A stretch of 64,000 nucleotides of DNA, from positions 2,723 through 66,722 of the forward strand of contig JBGPHM010000011.1 of assembly GCA_041484365.1 (NCBI GenBank), written 5' to 3'. This stretch comes from Terriglobia bacterium (lineage in GTDB: Bacteria > Acidobacteriota > Terriglobia > Acidiferrales > UBA7541). This document shows, piece after piece, positions 18,161 through 26,930 of this stretch (its first letter is position 1; the number at the start of each line of letters is the position of its first letter). Under the pieces are notes generated by a model. The model was not told where the DNA came from. It did no database searches and saw nothing but the letters and a program-made list of their open reading frames with translations. The position numbers were made by a program, and so were the translations under genes.

Positions 18161-18568
18161 ATGCGAGCTTGTAGAACACAGAGACGGCAGCGTGGCTTCA
18201 CTTTGCTTGAGCTGATGGTGGTAATGGCCATCATCTTGATTCTGCTCGGGATGGCCGCCGTAAAGTACCAACGCTCTGTACTGAATGCGCGCGAAGCTGT
18301 GCTGAAGTCAGACCTGCGAGCAATGCGCGAAGCCATCGAACACTACAGGGAGGACAAGTTGGCCGCGCCGCAATCCCTCGATGACCTTAAGGGAACCTAT
18401 CTTCACGAAATCCCGACGGATCCCATTACACAGAAGAAGGATTGGAAAACTCAATCCTCTGACGACGTTCTGCTCAGCCCGGACCAGACCACGACGGGGA
18501 TTACGGATGTACATTCCGCCTCGGAAGCAATCTCGCCCTCGACGAACACTGCTTACAGTACGTGGTGA
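18161..18568 (+). CDS. GspG-like pseudopilin, tandem paralogue B
   Basis: MRACRTQRRQRG|FTLLELMVVMAIILILLGMA. The 23-aa C-terminus is identical to paralogue A. The ORF opens at 18140. Confidence 0.8.
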   Translation: MRACRTQRRQRGFTLLELMVVMAIILILLGMAAVKYQRSVLNAREAVLKSDLRAMREAIEHYREDKLAAPQSLDDLKGTYLHEIPTDPITQKKDWKTQSSDDVLLSPDQTTTGITDVHSASEAISPSTNTAYSTW

Positions 18569-18607
18569 GCTGCGACTCTTCTACGAAATCCAACCTAGGG
18601 CCTCATC

Positions 18608-18641
18608 AAAAAGAAAAAGGGCCGAGCTGTTAGCCCGGCCC
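18608..18641 (-). terminator. rho-independent terminator downstream of the tRNA (minus strand)
   Basis: GC-rich stem gggccgagc/gcccggccc (one mismatch) with a 5-nt loop. On the minus strand it is followed by TTTTTCTTTTT. Confidence 0.6.
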
Positions 18642-18654
18642 TTGAATCTCGAAT

Positions 18655-18731
<77 letters not shown>

Positions 18732-18736
18732 GAAGA

Positions 18737-18765
18737 ATCATAGCGGATGGTTGAAGGCGCGTCAA
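18737..18765 (-). promoter_or_regulatory. sigma70-type promoter candidate for the tRNA-Met gene
   Basis: On the minus strand: TTGACG (18765-18760), a 17-nt spacer, then TATGAT (18742-18737). The -10 hexamer ends 6 nt before tRNA nucleotide 1. Confidence 0.55.
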
Positions 18766-18874
18766 ACGGGGCGAAAACAGGGCCATTGTCCCTGCTGCCC
18801 TTTTTCTGTGCCAGAGTACAGGCAGGTTTCGCCAACAATGTGCTGCACAATGGAATTGCCCCAGCAAAACCGAT

Positions 18875-20191
18875 GTGCTAGTTCTCAAGTCCTTCACGAA
18901 AGTCCGGCGCGCCGCGCGAATCGCGTTCGTTTACGCGCTGATATGCCTTGCATTTCTTGCGACGGGCCATTTTCTCCGCAGGCTCGACTTTTCCATTGAC
19001 CCATTTCTCTGGTCGGCCACGCAGGTCATCTCGTCCTTTCTGTGCTTCACCATAGCCGCAAACGTACTCGTTAGGTTTCGTGGGACACGCGACCGCGGCG
19101 CCCTGCTGCTGGGATTGGGATTCATCATCCTCGGCGCGATTCAACTCGGGGGAGTGGCCGAGATTTACCATCACCTTGCAGACACACCTGCACAGCTCCG
19201 AGTCCCGCTAACCTGGATGGTGGGACGAACGCTTCTCGCGTGCCTCATCCTTTCGGCGTATGCAGTTGAAAAGCGCCTGCCTCGTCCGCGCGACCCGAAT
19301 CGCGATGTTCTGGCGACGCTGTCGATTGTTGCCGTAGTGGGATACCTGATCACCGTCGGGTTCCTGGCGTTCCCCCACGAGCCTCCCATGCATCCGCATA
19401 GCCGCTTCCTGCCCCGTCCATGGGACTTGCTGCCCGCAGCCCTGTACATGGTGGCAACCGTGCGGCTGCGAAGGGGAACGGAACGATTCCGATCGGCTTT
19501 CGACCATGCGCTCATCTGGACAGCGGCCTTGAACGCCGCCTGCCAGTTCCTCGCGTCACAATCAGCGAGGCTCCTCGATGCGCCCGCGTCTGCCGCTCAG
19601 CTTTTGAAGGTATCAAGTTTTGCCGTCCTGCTTGGCGCGACGCTGGTGGACAACTCACGTCTCTTCAACCGGGCGCAGGACCTTGCCGCCAGCGACAGCC
19701 TGACAGGGCTCGCCAATTACCGAAGGCTTGTGGATGTGCTGCAGGCGGAAATCGAAAGATCGGGGAGAACGCACAGGACGTTTGCAGTTTTATTGATGGA
19801 CCTGGACAAATTGAAAGCGATTAATGACCGCTATGGACATCTTGCGGGGAGCCGGGCACTTTACCGTGTGGCGGAAATCTTGCGGTCGTATTGCCGCTCG
19901 ATTGATGTGGCTGCGCGGTACGGCGGTGACGAATTCGCTCTGGTGTTGCCGGAAACGGACCAGGCTGCCGCATTCAGGGTCGCGGACCGCATCAGAATGC
20001 GATTGCGGGAAGATCCAACGGAGCCACGGCTCAGTCTCAGCATTGGTGTAGCGGCATTCCCGAAGAGCGGCTTGACTGTCGAGCATTTGCTGGACGCGGC
20101 CGACAAGGCGCTCTATGAAATGAAAGCAAAAACAAAATCGGAAGGGACACCGTTGACGGAAACTTCAAAGCCAACTATCAAATCGAATTAG
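18875..20191 (+). CDS. membrane-bound diguanylate cyclase (GGDEF domain)
   Basis: About 260 aa of polytopic membrane N-terminus, then a GGDEF domain: DSLTGLANYRR...LLMDLDKLKAINDRYGH...RSIDVAARYGGDEFALVLPE. An RxxD I-site lies 5 residues before GGDEF. Confidence 0.9.
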   Translation: MLVLKSFTKVRRAARIAFVYALICLAFLATGHFLRRLDFSIDPFLWSATQVISSFLCFTIAANVLVRFRGTRDRGALLLGLGFIILGAIQLGGVAEIYHHLADTPAQLRVPLTWMVGRTLLACLILSAYAVEKRLPRPRDPNRDVLATLSIVAVVGYLITVGFLAFPHEPPMHPHSRFLPRPWDLLPAALYMVATVRLRRGTERFRSAFDHALIWTAALNAACQFLASQSARLLDAPASAAQLLKVSSFAVLLGATLVDNSRLFNRAQDLAASDSLTGLANYRRLVDVLQAEIERSGRTHRTFAVLLMDLDKLKAINDRYGHLAGSRALYRVAEILRSYCRSIDVAARYGGDEFALVLPETDQAAAFRVADRIRMRLREDPTEPRLSLSIGVAAFPKSGLTVEHLLDAADKALYEMKAKTKSEGTPLTETSKPTIKSN

Positions 20192-20451
20192 CCGTGCATT
20201 ACTGGAACCGCCGCGGGCCCAGCCCCAGAGATCTTCAGTTTGCGCAGCTTTGTACGAAGCGTTTGTGCGTCGAGCCCGGCGGCCATGCAGACCTTCGGAA
20301 AATCCTTCTCATCGGTGAAGAGGTAGGTCTCGGCTTCACGCTGCGAGCGGAGAGGCCCTGACACCCATTCGAGCACGGCGCGCGCAATCACAGCCGTCCA
20401 CAACCTCTGCTCCCCCAACTGCTCCGAGTGCATTTCAATCATTGTGTACAT
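20188..20451 (-). CDS. hypothetical small protein (87 aa)
   Basis: ATG-20451 is preceded by GGGAGGGGG. Translation: MYTMIEMHSEQLGEQRLWTAVIARAVLEWVSGPLRSQREAETYLFTDEKDFPKVCMAAGLDAQTLRTKLRKL.... I do not recognise a family. Its stop codon overlaps the stop of the convergent GGDEF gene (TTAG). Confidence 0.55.
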   Translation of the reverse strand: MYTMIEMHSEQLGEQRLWTAVIARAVLEWVSGPLRSQREAETYLFTDEKDFPKVCMAAGLDAQTLRTKLRKLKISGAGPAAVPVMHG

Positions 20452-20659
20452 CGGGCCCCCTCCCACGCCTCATCTCGCGACAATATGAATAAGGCAAGAA
20501 AAGGGCCACAACAACGACCGAGAGAAATGAATGTGCTCAGTTAAACCGTTGAAAAACAAGGGCTTGCGAAGATAGGAGTTTCCGCGGCGCTTCTGAAAAT
20601 GCAACACATTGGTGCATCCGCGAACTCTTTACACAGGACGTAGCAAATTGACACTGAAG

Positions 20660-22417
20660 CTAGAACGGAAGCTCGGGAATTGCGGCGCCATCCTTGCGCG
20701 GATCTGACGCGCCGTAATTCACCTTGGCGGCAAAATCACGCATCACGGCCTGGCCACCACCCATGCGATTCGAGAATCCATTTCGCATGGTGAGCACGTG
20801 GCCCTTTCCTTCCAGCTCGGCGCGGACATTGCCGGGGATGCGGTTCTCCAGCTCAACGTCGCAGCCTGCGAATGTGGCCTTGGTGAACCTCGCGGTCTCC
20901 ATTGCAAGCTGGATGTTTTGCTTGAAGTCCACGATGTGCGAGACATATTGCGCGTGCGCCTGGGCCTGATTCCATCCGCCCATGATGCCGAAGGCGATGC
21001 GCACATTTCCCTGCTCCATAAACGCGGGGATGATCGTGTGCAGCGGGCGCTTGCCGCCCACCAGGACGTTGGGCGAATTCGCATCGAGGGTGAAGAGGCC
21101 TCCACGGTCGTGCAGGACAAAGCCCGTGCCCTGCGCGACGAGGCCGGAGCCGAAATTCTCATAGTTGCTTTGAATCAAGGAGACCATGTTGCCATCGCGA
21201 TCCACGGTGCTCAGGTAGATCGTGTCGCCAGCGGGAGGCAGGGGATTTCCTGCGGACACGGCGCAGTTGGCTTTCTCCATGTCAATGAGCTTCGCGCGCT
21301 GCGACGCATAAGGCTTTTGCAGCATGGCCATCGCGGCTTTCATCACGTCCGGATTGTTGCGCGGCTCACCGATATAGTGTCCGAGGTCGGCATAGGCGAG
21401 CTTCTTGGCTTCGATCATCATGTGCAGAGTGCGCGTTTGATTGAAACCGAAGTCCGGGCCGCCGATGGGAAACGTCTCCATCATGTTCAGCATCTCGAGC
21501 GCGGCCACGCCCTGCCCGTTCGGCGGCAATTCATACACCGTCCATCCGCGATAAGTGGTGGAAATGGGCTCCACCCATTCGCTCGTGTAGGAGGCCAGGT
21601 CGTCGAGAGTCATCACACCGTCATGCTGTGATGAAGTTTGAACAATGCGCTTCGCAATCTCACCTTTGTAAAACGAGTCGCGCCCGCCTGTGGCGAGTTG
21701 GCGAAGCGACCACGCCAGGTCGGGATTCTTGAAAAGCTGCCCCATGTGCATGGGTTGATCGTTGTACAGGTAAACACGCGCAGACTCATCGTTTCTCCGC
21801 AGGACCTCCGCGTTGTTCGCCCAGAGGTTTGCGACCCACTCCGTCACCGGAAAACCCTGCTCGGCGACGTGAATTGCGGGGGCGAGCACCTCCGGGAATT
21901 TCTTGGTGCCAAACTTTTCGAGTAGCTTCTGCCAGCCATCCACAGCGCCGGGCACCGTGACGGAATAAATTCCGCGTTGAGGCATCGCACGAATTCCCTT
22001 ATCGCGAAGGAGCTGCGCATTGAGAGCAGCGGGCGCAGGGCCGCTGGCGTTTAACCCATAGAGCTTGCCCGTTTTCGCATCGTAATAAATCACGAACAGG
22101 TCGCCCCCGATGCCGTTCGACATCGGCGCGACCACGCCCATCACCGCATTTGCGGCGATGGCGGCGTCAATCGCGTTGCCGCCGCTGCGCAGCATGGAAA
22201 TGCCGGCCTGCGAGGCAAGAGGGGATTCCGCGGCGACGATTCCATCCTGCGTGATGACCATCGAGCGCGCTTGCGGTCGCTCCACGGGAGCAACCGGCCG
22301 AGGTTCGGCAGGCGGATTCTGCGGTGGATTCTGCGCGCCGCCCTGCTGGCCAATCATTGCGAGCACCGCAACAATTGAGACTCCAAAGCGAAATACTCGA
22401 TTCGTGCGTGATCGCAT
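20660..22417 (-). CDS. ggt: gamma-glutamyltransferase
   Basis: Signal peptide present. The autoprocessing Thr context is PPAGDTIYLSTVDRDGNMVSLIQSNYENFGSGLV and the C-terminal motif is GGWNQAQ. Confidence 0.95.
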   Translation of the reverse strand: MRSRTNRVFRFGVSIVAVLAMIGQQGGAQNPPQNPPAEPRPVAPVERPQARSMVITQDGIVAAESPLASQAGISMLRSGGNAIDAAIAANAVMGVVAPMSNGIGGDLFVIYYDAKTGKLYGLNASGPAPAALNAQLLRDKGIRAMPQRGIYSVTVPGAVDGWQKLLEKFGTKKFPEVLAPAIHVAEQGFPVTEWVANLWANNAEVLRRNDESARVYLYNDQPMHMGQLFKNPDLAWSLRQLATGGRDSFYKGEIAKRIVQTSSQHDGVMTLDDLASYTSEWVEPISTTYRGWTVYELPPNGQGVAALEMLNMMETFPIGGPDFGFNQTRTLHMMIEAKKLAYADLGHYIGEPRNNPDVMKAAMAMLQKPYASQRAKLIDMEKANCAVSAGNPLPPAGDTIYLSTVDRDGNMVSLIQSNYENFGSGLVAQGTGFVLHDRGGLFTLDANSPNVLVGGKRPLHTIIPAFMEQGNVRIAFGIMGGWNQAQAHAQYVSHIVDFKQNIQLAMETARFTKATFAGCDVELENRIPGNVRAELEGKGHVLTMRNGFSNRMGGGQAVMRDFAAKVNYGASDPRKDGAAIPELPF

Positions 22418-22669
22418 GGCGTTCTGTGTTGCCTCCTGGAGGCCGCTCGGGCGGCAGCGCGTCTCATCGGAATCAGTCGTTCGTCGCTCTCTGTATCCAT
22501 CGGTTCAGGAAAGAATTCCAGCGATGCAATTTATCGTGATTCACGGCATTTTCAAAATGTTTCCGTGAGCGGGCATCTCGCTGAGAATGTCCGCGCCGAT
22601 TTCCTCGGTTGATTGCCAGGCAATACAATAGAATGACTGGCTGCATTCCATTGCCAGGAGATAAGTCGC

Positions 22670-24979
22670 GTGGCGAAGACGGGACAACCCCAACCATCGA
22701 AGTCCGGTGAGCGAACAGTTGCCGAACCGCGTGCACCCTCGCCGGCACAAGATTCATTCCGCCAATCGTTGGATTTACTGGCCCGCGCCGAATTGAGCGA
22801 TCCCTTCTCCGTACTCGGGCCGCACCCCATTCACAAAACGCAAGGAGGCGGGCTCGCGATTCGCGCATTTTTCCCTGGAACGGAATCAGTCCACGTCGTA
22901 TTTCAGTTGCAATCGGAAACGCCCGCGCAGGAATTCACCACGATGCGAATTCATCCCGCCGGAATTTACGAAGCGATTCTTCCCGCGCCCGCCGCCTCGC
23001 GCGCAATCCCCGGCGGCTACAAATTTGCTGTTCGCGCGTCCGATGGCAGCATGCGCGAAGTCCACGACCCTTACAACTTCCCTCCCCTGCTCACCGATTT
23101 TGACCTGCACCTGATGGGCGAGGGCACACATTACGAAAAGTACGAAAAGCTCGGGGCGCATCCGCGCGAAGTCGCCGGGGTCCGTGGCGTGCATTTTGCG
23201 GTGTGGGCGCCGAATGCCCAGCGCGTCAGCGTGGTGGGCGATTTCAATCAATGGGACGGCCGCGTCAACCCGATGCGCCCGCGGGGGCGATCAGGCGTTT
23301 GGGAGCTTTTTTTCCCGGATGCTGCTATCGGGTCGATCTACAAATACGAAATCCGCGCGCGCGGCGCTGTGGCGCCCGTGTTGAAAGCCGATCCATATGC
23401 GACTTATGCGGAACTTCGTCCGCGCTCGGGCTCGATTGTCTATGATCTGGCCGGTTATTCCTGGTGCGACGATTCGTGGATTGCCGCGCGCGCCACGCAG
23501 GACTGGCTTGCATCGCCCGTTTCGACATACGAAATCCACGCCGGGTCATGGCGCCGCAAAGTGGAAGAGGGAAATCGCTGGCTCACTTACCGCGAACTCG
23601 CGGACCAACTCATCCCATATGTGAAGAAATTGGGGTACACGCATATCGAGTTGATGCCCATCATGGAGCATCCTCTGGATGCATCGTGGGGATACCAGAC
23701 CATCGGCTACTTCGCGCCTACAAGCCGCTTCGGAACTCCGCACGACCTGATGCACTTCGTTGACCGCTCCCACCAGGAAGGACTCGGCGTCCTGCTCGAT
23801 TGGACTCCCGCGCACTTCCCTTCGGATGAACACGGACTCGGTCTATTCGACGGCACGCATCTCTACGAGCACGCGGACCCGCGACAGGGCCGCCACCCCG
23901 ACTGGGGAACTCTCGTGTTCAATTACGGCCGCACCGAGGTGCAGAATTTTCTCATCTCGAACGCGCTTTACTGGATTGACAAATTTCACTTGGACGGCCT
24001 GCGCGTGGACGCGGTGGCCTCGATGCTCTATCTCGACTACTCGCGCAAGCAAGGTGAATGGCTGCCGAACGAATTCGGGGGCCGCGAAAATATTGCAGCT
24101 ATTGCGTTTCTCAAGCGGCTCAACGAACTCGTTCACGCGCGATTTCCCGGCGCGCTGATGGTCGCGGAGGAGTCTACGGCGTGGCCGGGCGTCTCGCGTC
24201 CCACATACACGGGCGGCCTCGGATTCACGCTCAAATGGAATCTTGGATGGATGAATGACACGCTTCGCTACTTCACCGAAGACCCCATCAACCGCAAGTT
24301 TCATCACAACGAACTCACTTTCTCAATGCTCTACGCCTTCAACGAGAATTTTGTCCTGCCGCTCTCGCACGATGAGGTTGTTCACGGCAAGAGCTCGCTC
24401 CTACACAAAATGCCGGGCGATGAATGGCAGAAATTTGCGAACTTGCGGCTCCTGCTGGCCTACCAGTACGCTCACCCGGGAAAGAAGCTGCTTTTCATGG
24501 GCGGCGAAATCGCGCAGCGCGATGAATGGGATTGTGAGACTTCCATCGACTGGCACCTGCTCGAATTTGCCCCGCACCGCGGAGTGCAGCAACTCGTCGC
24601 GGATCTCAACCGCGTTTACCGCGCTGAAACGGCCCTCCATCAGGTGGATTTCGAGTGGCAGGGGTTTGAATGGCTGGACGCAAATGACGCCGACTCGAGC
24701 GTCCTTTCGTTCGTGCGCCGCGGCCGTGATCCCAATGATTACGTCGTTATTCTTGCCAATTTCACTCCTGTGCCGCGCGAGAATTATAGGATCGGGGTTC
24801 CACAGGCCGGCCGGCTTCGTGAAATCCTGAACACGGATGCCGCCGTATACGGCGGAACGAATGTCGGAAACCTCGGCGCGGTCAGCTCCGAGCATATCCC
24901 CTGGCTCGGATGCGAACATTCCATCAAGCTGCGCCTTCCACCTCTGGCCGTGCTCATCCTGAAGCCGGATAAATTGTAG
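22670..24979 (+). CDS. glgB: 1,4-alpha-glucan branching enzyme (GH13)
   Basis: Contains FAVWAPNAQRVSVVGDFNQWDG, catalytic regions LDGLRVDAVASMLY and MVAEESTAWPGV, and LPLSHDEVVHGK. Confidence 0.97.
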   Translation: MAKTGQPQPSKSGERTVAEPRAPSPAQDSFRQSLDLLARAELSDPFSVLGPHPIHKTQGGGLAIRAFFPGTESVHVVFQLQSETPAQEFTTMRIHPAGIYEAILPAPAASRAIPGGYKFAVRASDGSMREVHDPYNFPPLLTDFDLHLMGEGTHYEKYEKLGAHPREVAGVRGVHFAVWAPNAQRVSVVGDFNQWDGRVNPMRPRGRSGVWELFFPDAAIGSIYKYEIRARGAVAPVLKADPYATYAELRPRSGSIVYDLAGYSWCDDSWIAARATQDWLASPVSTYEIHAGSWRRKVEEGNRWLTYRELADQLIPYVKKLGYTHIELMPIMEHPLDASWGYQTIGYFAPTSRFGTPHDLMHFVDRSHQEGLGVLLDWTPAHFPSDEHGLGLFDGTHLYEHADPRQGRHPDWGTLVFNYGRTEVQNFLISNALYWIDKFHLDGLRVDAVASMLYLDYSRKQGEWLPNEFGGRENIAAIAFLKRLNELVHARFPGALMVAEESTAWPGVSRPTYTGGLGFTLKWNLGWMNDTLRYFTEDPINRKFHHNELTFSMLYAFNENFVLPLSHDEVVHGKSSLLHKMPGDEWQKFANLRLLLAYQYAHPGKKLLFMGGEIAQRDEWDCETSIDWHLLEFAPHRGVQQLVADLNRVYRAETALHQVDFEWQGFEWLDANDADSSVLSFVRRGRDPNDYVVILANFTPVPRENYRIGVPQAGRLREILNTDAAVYGGTNVGNLGAVSSEHIPWLGCEHSIKLRLPPLAVLILKPDKL

Positions 24980-25146
24980 CAACAGCTTTCCACCGCCAGG
25001 AAAACCTTCATTTCCAGAAACGCATCCAACGGGTATCTCTGCGTACCGCCCCGGCCATACTGGTGAGAATTGAAGGGGCATTCGCTGGAACTTTTCATTC
25101 GGAGTATGCGTATGAATAAGTAAGCCACCCGGGGAGGGGGCAATCA

Positions 25147-25743
25147 ATGAAACTTCTATCTTCTTGGAAGCGGCTGGCTGTGGGCAGCCTGGCTCTTTTC
25201 GCCGCCGCGCTGATGATCACCGCCATCATTCATGCGCAGACGCCGCAGGGCGAGCGCTGGCTGCACGTCCGAGTGGACGGTACCGTTGCGAACGGCGATA
25301 TGGCACACGTGAACCTGCCGATCTCCTTCGCGATAGCCATCCTAGCCAATGTGAACCACGACCAGCTTCATCACGGCCACATCAACCTGGGCCATGCCGA
25401 TTTGAATGGTGTGGACGTTCGCGCCATTCTCGACGCGGTGCGCACCGCGCACGACGGTGAATTCGTTACCGTAAAGAACCACAATCAGGATGTCAGCGTC
25501 GCCAAGCAAAATGGGATGCTTGTTGTCCACGCGACCGACGGCCGTTCTTCGGGGCGGCAATCCGTGGAAGTCCGTGTACCCATCAGCGTGGTGGATGCGA
25601 TGCTCTCGGCCGGCGGACAGGATCTTGATGTCGCCGCCGGACTCCGCGCGCTGGCTTCACATGGCGACACGGATCTTGTGACCGTGAAGGACAGCAACCA
25701 CACCGTGCACGTTTGGATCGACTCCAAGAACAACATGGATTGA
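25147..25743 (+). CDS. exported His-rich hypothetical protein (tandem paralogue 1)
   Basis: GGAGGGGG lies 6 nt upstream of the ATG. Signal peptide MKLLSSWKRLAVGSLALFAAALMITAIIHA. His-rich tract NVNHDQLHHGHINLGHADLNG. Repeated motif ...V-x-V...H-x-V-x-V-W-(I/V). Confidence 0.65.
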   Translation: MKLLSSWKRLAVGSLALFAAALMITAIIHAQTPQGERWLHVRVDGTVANGDMAHVNLPISFAIAILANVNHDQLHHGHINLGHADLNGVDVRAILDAVRTAHDGEFVTVKNHNQDVSVAKQNGMLVVHATDGRSSGRQSVEVRVPISVVDAMLSAGGQDLDVAAGLRALASHGDTDLVTVKDSNHTVHVWIDSKNNMD

Positions 25744-25815
25744 TTTGCGGCCGGCTTGAAAGAAGCGAGGGCGGGTATCGGACCCGCCCGTGGTTTCGGA
25801 GATGCGGAGGAGAAC

Positions 25816-26247
25816 ATGCTCGGAAAGATCGCGATGGGCTTCCTGGTCGTAACCGCAATGGGCACAGCCTATATTTGTCAGGACGGCTTTGTGAATATCC
25901 GCGTTGAGGAATACCGCAAGGGCGGCGAGAATCATCATCTGATTCTGCCTGCGCAACTCGCGCCGCTCGCTGCCCACTTTGTGCCGCTGAGACACTTGCG
26001 CAACGCGGAGCGTGGACTTCGCGATTTTTTGCCTGCGCTGCGCGCCGCTTCTACTGAACTGGCCAAGATCCCTGACACGCTTCTCGTTGAGGCGCGTGAC
26101 CATGATGAACACGTCCGCATCTCTAAATCCGGCGACGGGCTGGATATTGAAGTTGAATCGCCGCGCGAGCACGTGCACGTGTGGGTGCCGCTGCGCGCGA
26201 TTTATGACACCGCGGACGCGCTTGCCTCTCGACTGGGGACGAACTAA
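25816..26247 (+). CDS. membrane-anchored hypothetical protein (tandem paralogue 2)
   Basis: ATG-25816 is preceded by GGAGGAG. N-terminal anchor MLGKIAMGFLVVTAMGTAYI. It shares the modules VNIRVEE...HHLILPAQLA and DHDEHVRISKSGDGLDIEVESPREHVHVWVPL with the upstream gene. The ORF opens at 25756. Confidence 0.6.
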   Translation: MLGKIAMGFLVVTAMGTAYICQDGFVNIRVEEYRKGGENHHLILPAQLAPLAAHFVPLRHLRNAERGLRDFLPALRAASTELAKIPDTLLVEARDHDEHVRISKSGDGLDIEVESPREHVHVWVPLRAIYDTADALASRLGTN

Positions 26248-26268
26248 ATCGATATCGACACACCATGG

Positions 26269-26289
26269 GGGCAGGTCTGTGACCTGCCC
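26269..26289 (+). terminator. hairpin terminator candidate
   Basis: Perfect 9-bp stem gggcaggtc/gacctgccc with loop tgt, 22 nt after the stop at 26247. It is followed by ttgccccctt cacttta. Confidence 0.5.
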
Positions 26290-26390
26290 TTGCCCCCTTC
26301 ACTTTATTCCTCCGAGAAAACTCTTCGCTTGCCTCACATCGCAACTCCGCAGACAATTCGATTTCACTCGGTACTTTCCCGGAGGCCCAC

Positions 26391-26867
26391 GTGGACCCGA
26401 ACGCGAAGAAGAAGGCACTTCGACTGATTACCTATGGACTCTACGTCGCGACGTCTCGGAATGGCGACGAATTCGCTGCAGGCACGATCAACTGGGTCTC
26501 GCAAAGCTCCTTCGCCCCCGCGCTCGTGATGGCCGGAATAAAAGTGGATAGCAGGCTGCACGCGGTGATTGCCGCTTCGCGCGCTTTTGCGATTCATATT
26601 GTCGGGAGAGACCAGAAGGACTTCGCCACGACATTCTTCAAGGGAGCAGACCGCCAGGGCGATAAGCTTACCGGCTACCGATTCGAGGAGGGTACGACCG
26701 GAGCTCCCATTTTGATTGACGCGCCTGCATGGTTTGAATGCCGCGTGCTGGACCAAGTTGCGCGCGGTGATCACACGATTTATGTTGGAGAGGTGGTTGG
26801 CGCGGGCGTGCGCAGAGAATCTGAGCCGCTTACGTTGCGGGATACAGGTTTTTTCTACGGCGGGTAG
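26391..26867 (+). CDS. flavin reductase-like (FMN-binding split-barrel) protein
   Basis: GTG start preceded by GGAGG. Contains LITYGLYVATSRNGDEFAAGTINWVSQSSFAPALVMAGI...DHTIYVGEVV, typical of the Flavin_Reduct family. Confidence 0.85.
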   Translation: MDPNAKKKALRLITYGLYVATSRNGDEFAAGTINWVSQSSFAPALVMAGIKVDSRLHAVIAASRAFAIHIVGRDQKDFATTFFKGADRQGDKLTGYRFEEGTTGAPILIDAPAWFECRVLDQVARGDHTIYVGEVVGAGVRRESEPLTLRDTGFFYGG

Positions 26868-26930
26868 CTTGTTTCAGCAAGTCTTCGCGTCGCAGCGCGG
26901 CACCATCCCGATTGCCCGAAATCCTTTTGG

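Noticed and set aside
22612-22658. The repeated ATTGCCAGG element (the first copy is part of the palindrome attgcc-a-ggcaat) upstream of glgB, as a possible regulator site.
   Set aside because: There are only two short copies and no independent support. It is noted here but not strong enough to be listed as a feature.
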